From the NCBI GenBank assembly GCA_004022145.1, contig RCNU01000009.1: a stretch of 64,000 nt of DNA, one strand, 5' to 3'. This DNA comes from Paecilomyces variotii. Taxonomy: Eukaryota. Numbering within the stretch: the first letter of the stretch is position 1; each line of letters opens with the position of its first letter. The notes beneath the pieces are model-generated. The model did not search any database and was not told the origin of the DNA. It worked only from the letters and a program-made list of their open reading frames with translations. Shown piece by piece: positions 61,104 through 64,000 of this stretch. The position numbers and the translations under genes are program-made.

Positions 61104-62550
61104 GCAACGATGCTTAGCTTCAACGTGGCGCACACAGACAGTTCCGGCCTCCCTAATCCGCCTATTAGGGCGCATGTTTGTCCCGACCCTGGCTAAAACG
61201 CGATATGGGCAAATTATGAGTAGTTAGTTATACAGATACGCATTTCCCATGAAGCATTGGATTTTATCCTTGAGCATTATCATTCCTAAGTATTAGTATC
61301 CAATGCCCACAATCAACTATATTGATGAGTTCTACAGACGTCCCCGTTTAAACCACCCTCATCCCGAGGCGACGCGATAAACCATTACCCACTGCCTCTT
61401 ATCATCCACGAGAAAATGTCTCCAACTGTCCAACAGACAGTATGCTTCCCAATAACGGCCCCAACACGATTCTCAACGATTATCAATGCCCATTTCCTCT
61501 TATTGGAAAAGAGAACAACGCAAGCAACACAACGTGTCGCAAAAATACATACTCGTATAACGTAGATAGATAATACCTCTCATTGGCCATGTTCAGTTTC
61601 CCAATGTAACGCTAACTACCATGCTTATCAACCCACACCCAGCCTCCAATCCAACAATGGAACTACCCGTAGTCGTACACATACATGTCACAGGAGGGAA
61701 GACCTCACTAGTTTCAGATCCTGCAGAGAATGGAGAGGAGACTTGTTCTCGTCGCTAGTACCCGTCCGGAGTTCTAAAGCTGAGATGAAAGACCGGACCA
61801 TAGAGGGAAGAACTAGTTATCTGGGACAATAAGTAATACATTGCAGCTGTCTTATAGATTCTGACCATTAACTAGACATCATAATGGGCCATTATGTCAC
61901 AAGAATAAAGACAAGAAAACAAAACAATAGAAAACAAAAAGAAAAGGCCTTCCTTGTTTCTCTATTATTAACATCGATCTACCAGCCCAACCAGATAAAA
62001 CATACCCAGGAGAAGACCGATGTCATCCAGAACGAGAAACGAAACATGCGGTTGAGTCCGAATCTATGACCACGAGTATCTTGAGACTCTCGGTACCCTC
62101 CACCCTCATCATGGAAAAGTACAATTAGTGATCGACAAAGAATACGATAAAGGCCCCGCGCATCTAAGTATTATGAGAGCCGTTAACTTGGGTATTCTGT
62201 TTCAAGTATTTTCTCATTATCGAAGATATTCTTGGCCCGTCGACTACATTGTACGTGCAAGCCATAGTATGTAACTTCAATCTGTTCTGTTATGGACCGT
62301 AAAACCCTGATACAGCTTCGGCAATACATCAAGTAGACAGTAGTATTAGTGGAGAGTGTCAACGACAGTCTATCGGATCAACATCCTTATCGGACGGATC
62401 CAGCGGAGCCATGATGGTCTCTTCTCAACGCTATCACGGCTCACACCTAATCTGATAGTAAAACAAATAAGGTATTCCAGAAAACGCCATATCAAAAATG
62501 AAATCAACAAAAGGAGATGGCTGTCGAAGCCTGTGTCAAGAGAACAAAAG

Positions 62551-63980
62551 TTAACGACCCGCTGCAGCTTGGTCGCATTCAGAAATGAATCTATATATCC
62601 CCCCGAGACCTTCATGATCTGCGGATCGAGAACCTCCTGTGACGGACAACTCAGGAAAGAATCCCCTATCACCCAGTTCACTGATGTCGACGCTAGAATA
62701 GCCAGACGGCGAGGTTGTCCAAGGGTTTGGCCCGAACATCTCAACGTCCTCGTAGTCCAGACCCGTTCCAGTGTGCGGTGAGTAGATCCACGAAGGATGT
62801 GTCTTGCGTTCTGAAGACATCATGTCGCGCCAGTCGACTTCATGTGGAGTCTGCTGTCCGGGCGGGTCTCTCAGATTGAAGTAACCAGCCGCGGATGAAG
62901 GTGCAACGCTGGGGGCAAATGGGAAGAGAAGAGCGAGATCAGCTGCGTTGCGGACCTCGAAGTCCTCATCTTGGATGATTCGGCCCCTCTCAACTCCCAC
63001 TTCATCACATAGTCGCTCCACTGTGTCCGCATCGCAACCCGGGAATCCCACTCGGATTGTGGATTTCCCTTGAAGAGAGATAGGCAAGTCTCCTAGTGCC
63101 GAGAGACGCTTCAGATCGTTCAGCACAGCAGCAAAATCCTTTAAAGCACGTGCGAAGTCGACGGACAGCAGCTCTAGAAGGCCCTCGGAGCTAAGAGTGT
63201 TTTGCTCAAAATCCTCAGCCGACACCTGCTTCTTTTGCAGTTCCCCCATGACACCGAAAGCGGTGATGGTAGGAGAAACTTCAAAGTCAATGTATGAGCC
63301 GGGACTCGCGCGTGGGATATCTGCCATGCGGCGTTCAGTCTGATCCTGGAGAGCAGTCACAGCCTTGTAACGCTTCTCGCCCGTACGAGGATCAATTCCA
63401 TCGAATCTGACCCTCTGACCGGACAAGAAGAAAGCACGTACTCCTTGCGAGACATTGTTGATGACCTGCGCGGGGTTCGCCGGCCCATGCGAGAAGTACC
63501 GGGCTCCTCCAACACGCCCGGCACCGATAGCATAGCCTCCCGCTGTCCGACCCAGAGTACCACCCGTCAGGTTAGGACGAAGAGTCGTCGCGAAGGGCGC
63601 TTGCGCAGTAAGGCGACTGACGGCAGAACCGACACGAGTGCTCTGGTAAGAAGGGGCGCTTCCACGGGCGGCAGCGGCATTGACAAGCTTGCCAGCTGCG
63701 TGTGTAGAGAAGTATCGGCCACGGGCCTGGCGGATAGCAGCGGCACGGCTGATGGGTTGCTTGGGGGTAATTCGAGCATAGGCTGGCTGCAATCGCAGCT
63801 GAGCCTGCTGGATCTGCTCAGGGAATTTCGATTTGAGGGCTCTATACGCCTTCTCGTAGGCAAACCTGCGGGAACTATGAGTCAGTAACTATGGTCAATG
63901 GCCGAAAGACGCAAGAGGGATACTGACCTGGCTGCCCGCCAAACCTTGGGGAGCAACAGGTGCCCACTTGATGGCGCCAT
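62551..63980 (-). CDS. Conserved fungal protein, probably Spg5 (stationary phase protein 5)-like; exons 63980-63928 and 63865-62551
   Basis: Intron gtcagt...ctgac...gcag joins MAPSSGHLLLPKVWRAAR|FAYEK in frame. Motifs RYFSHGPANPAQVINNVSQGVRAF and GSYIDF. The family name is from memory. Confidence 0.8.
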
Positions 63981-64000
63981 GCTGTTGATATCGAGATGGG

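Overview
Eukaryotic DNA from a filamentous ascomycete, probably Eurotiales (inferred from short GT-AG introns with CTRAC/CTRAY branch sites and Aspergillus-like proteins). I assembled about 23 intact protein-coding genes and one likely pseudogene by splicing exons by hand. Recognisable genes are an Nrg1-like C2H2 factor, a DUF3824-type protein, a Cys/His-rich multi-finger C2H2 factor, prp5, a mitochondrial HMG-box protein, a mitochondrial carrier, eIF3h, a Bna7-like formamidase, GH17 eglC, ckb2 and an Spg5-like protein. The best candidate for an undescribed system is a block of catabolic-type enzymes at about 12.5-22.5 kb: Zn-dependent alcohol dehydrogenase, PcaC-like carboxymuconolactone decarboxylase, beta-hydroxyacid dehydrogenase, metallo-beta-lactamase-fold lactonase, a 4-TM protein, an SDR and a CE16-like SGNH esterase. 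Four of its promoter regions share a CGGA...TCCC(C)G inverted motif, and three carry CreA-type sites. Other points of interest are a PGAP4-like glycosyltransferase, a ~2,200-aa protein with seven tandem modules duplicated in pairs, a T11 run that puts the esterase's apparent signal peptide out of frame, and three stop-free 3n introns in prp5. I recognised no tRNA, rRNA, CRISPR array or intact transposon. All family calls come from motif recognition, not database searches.
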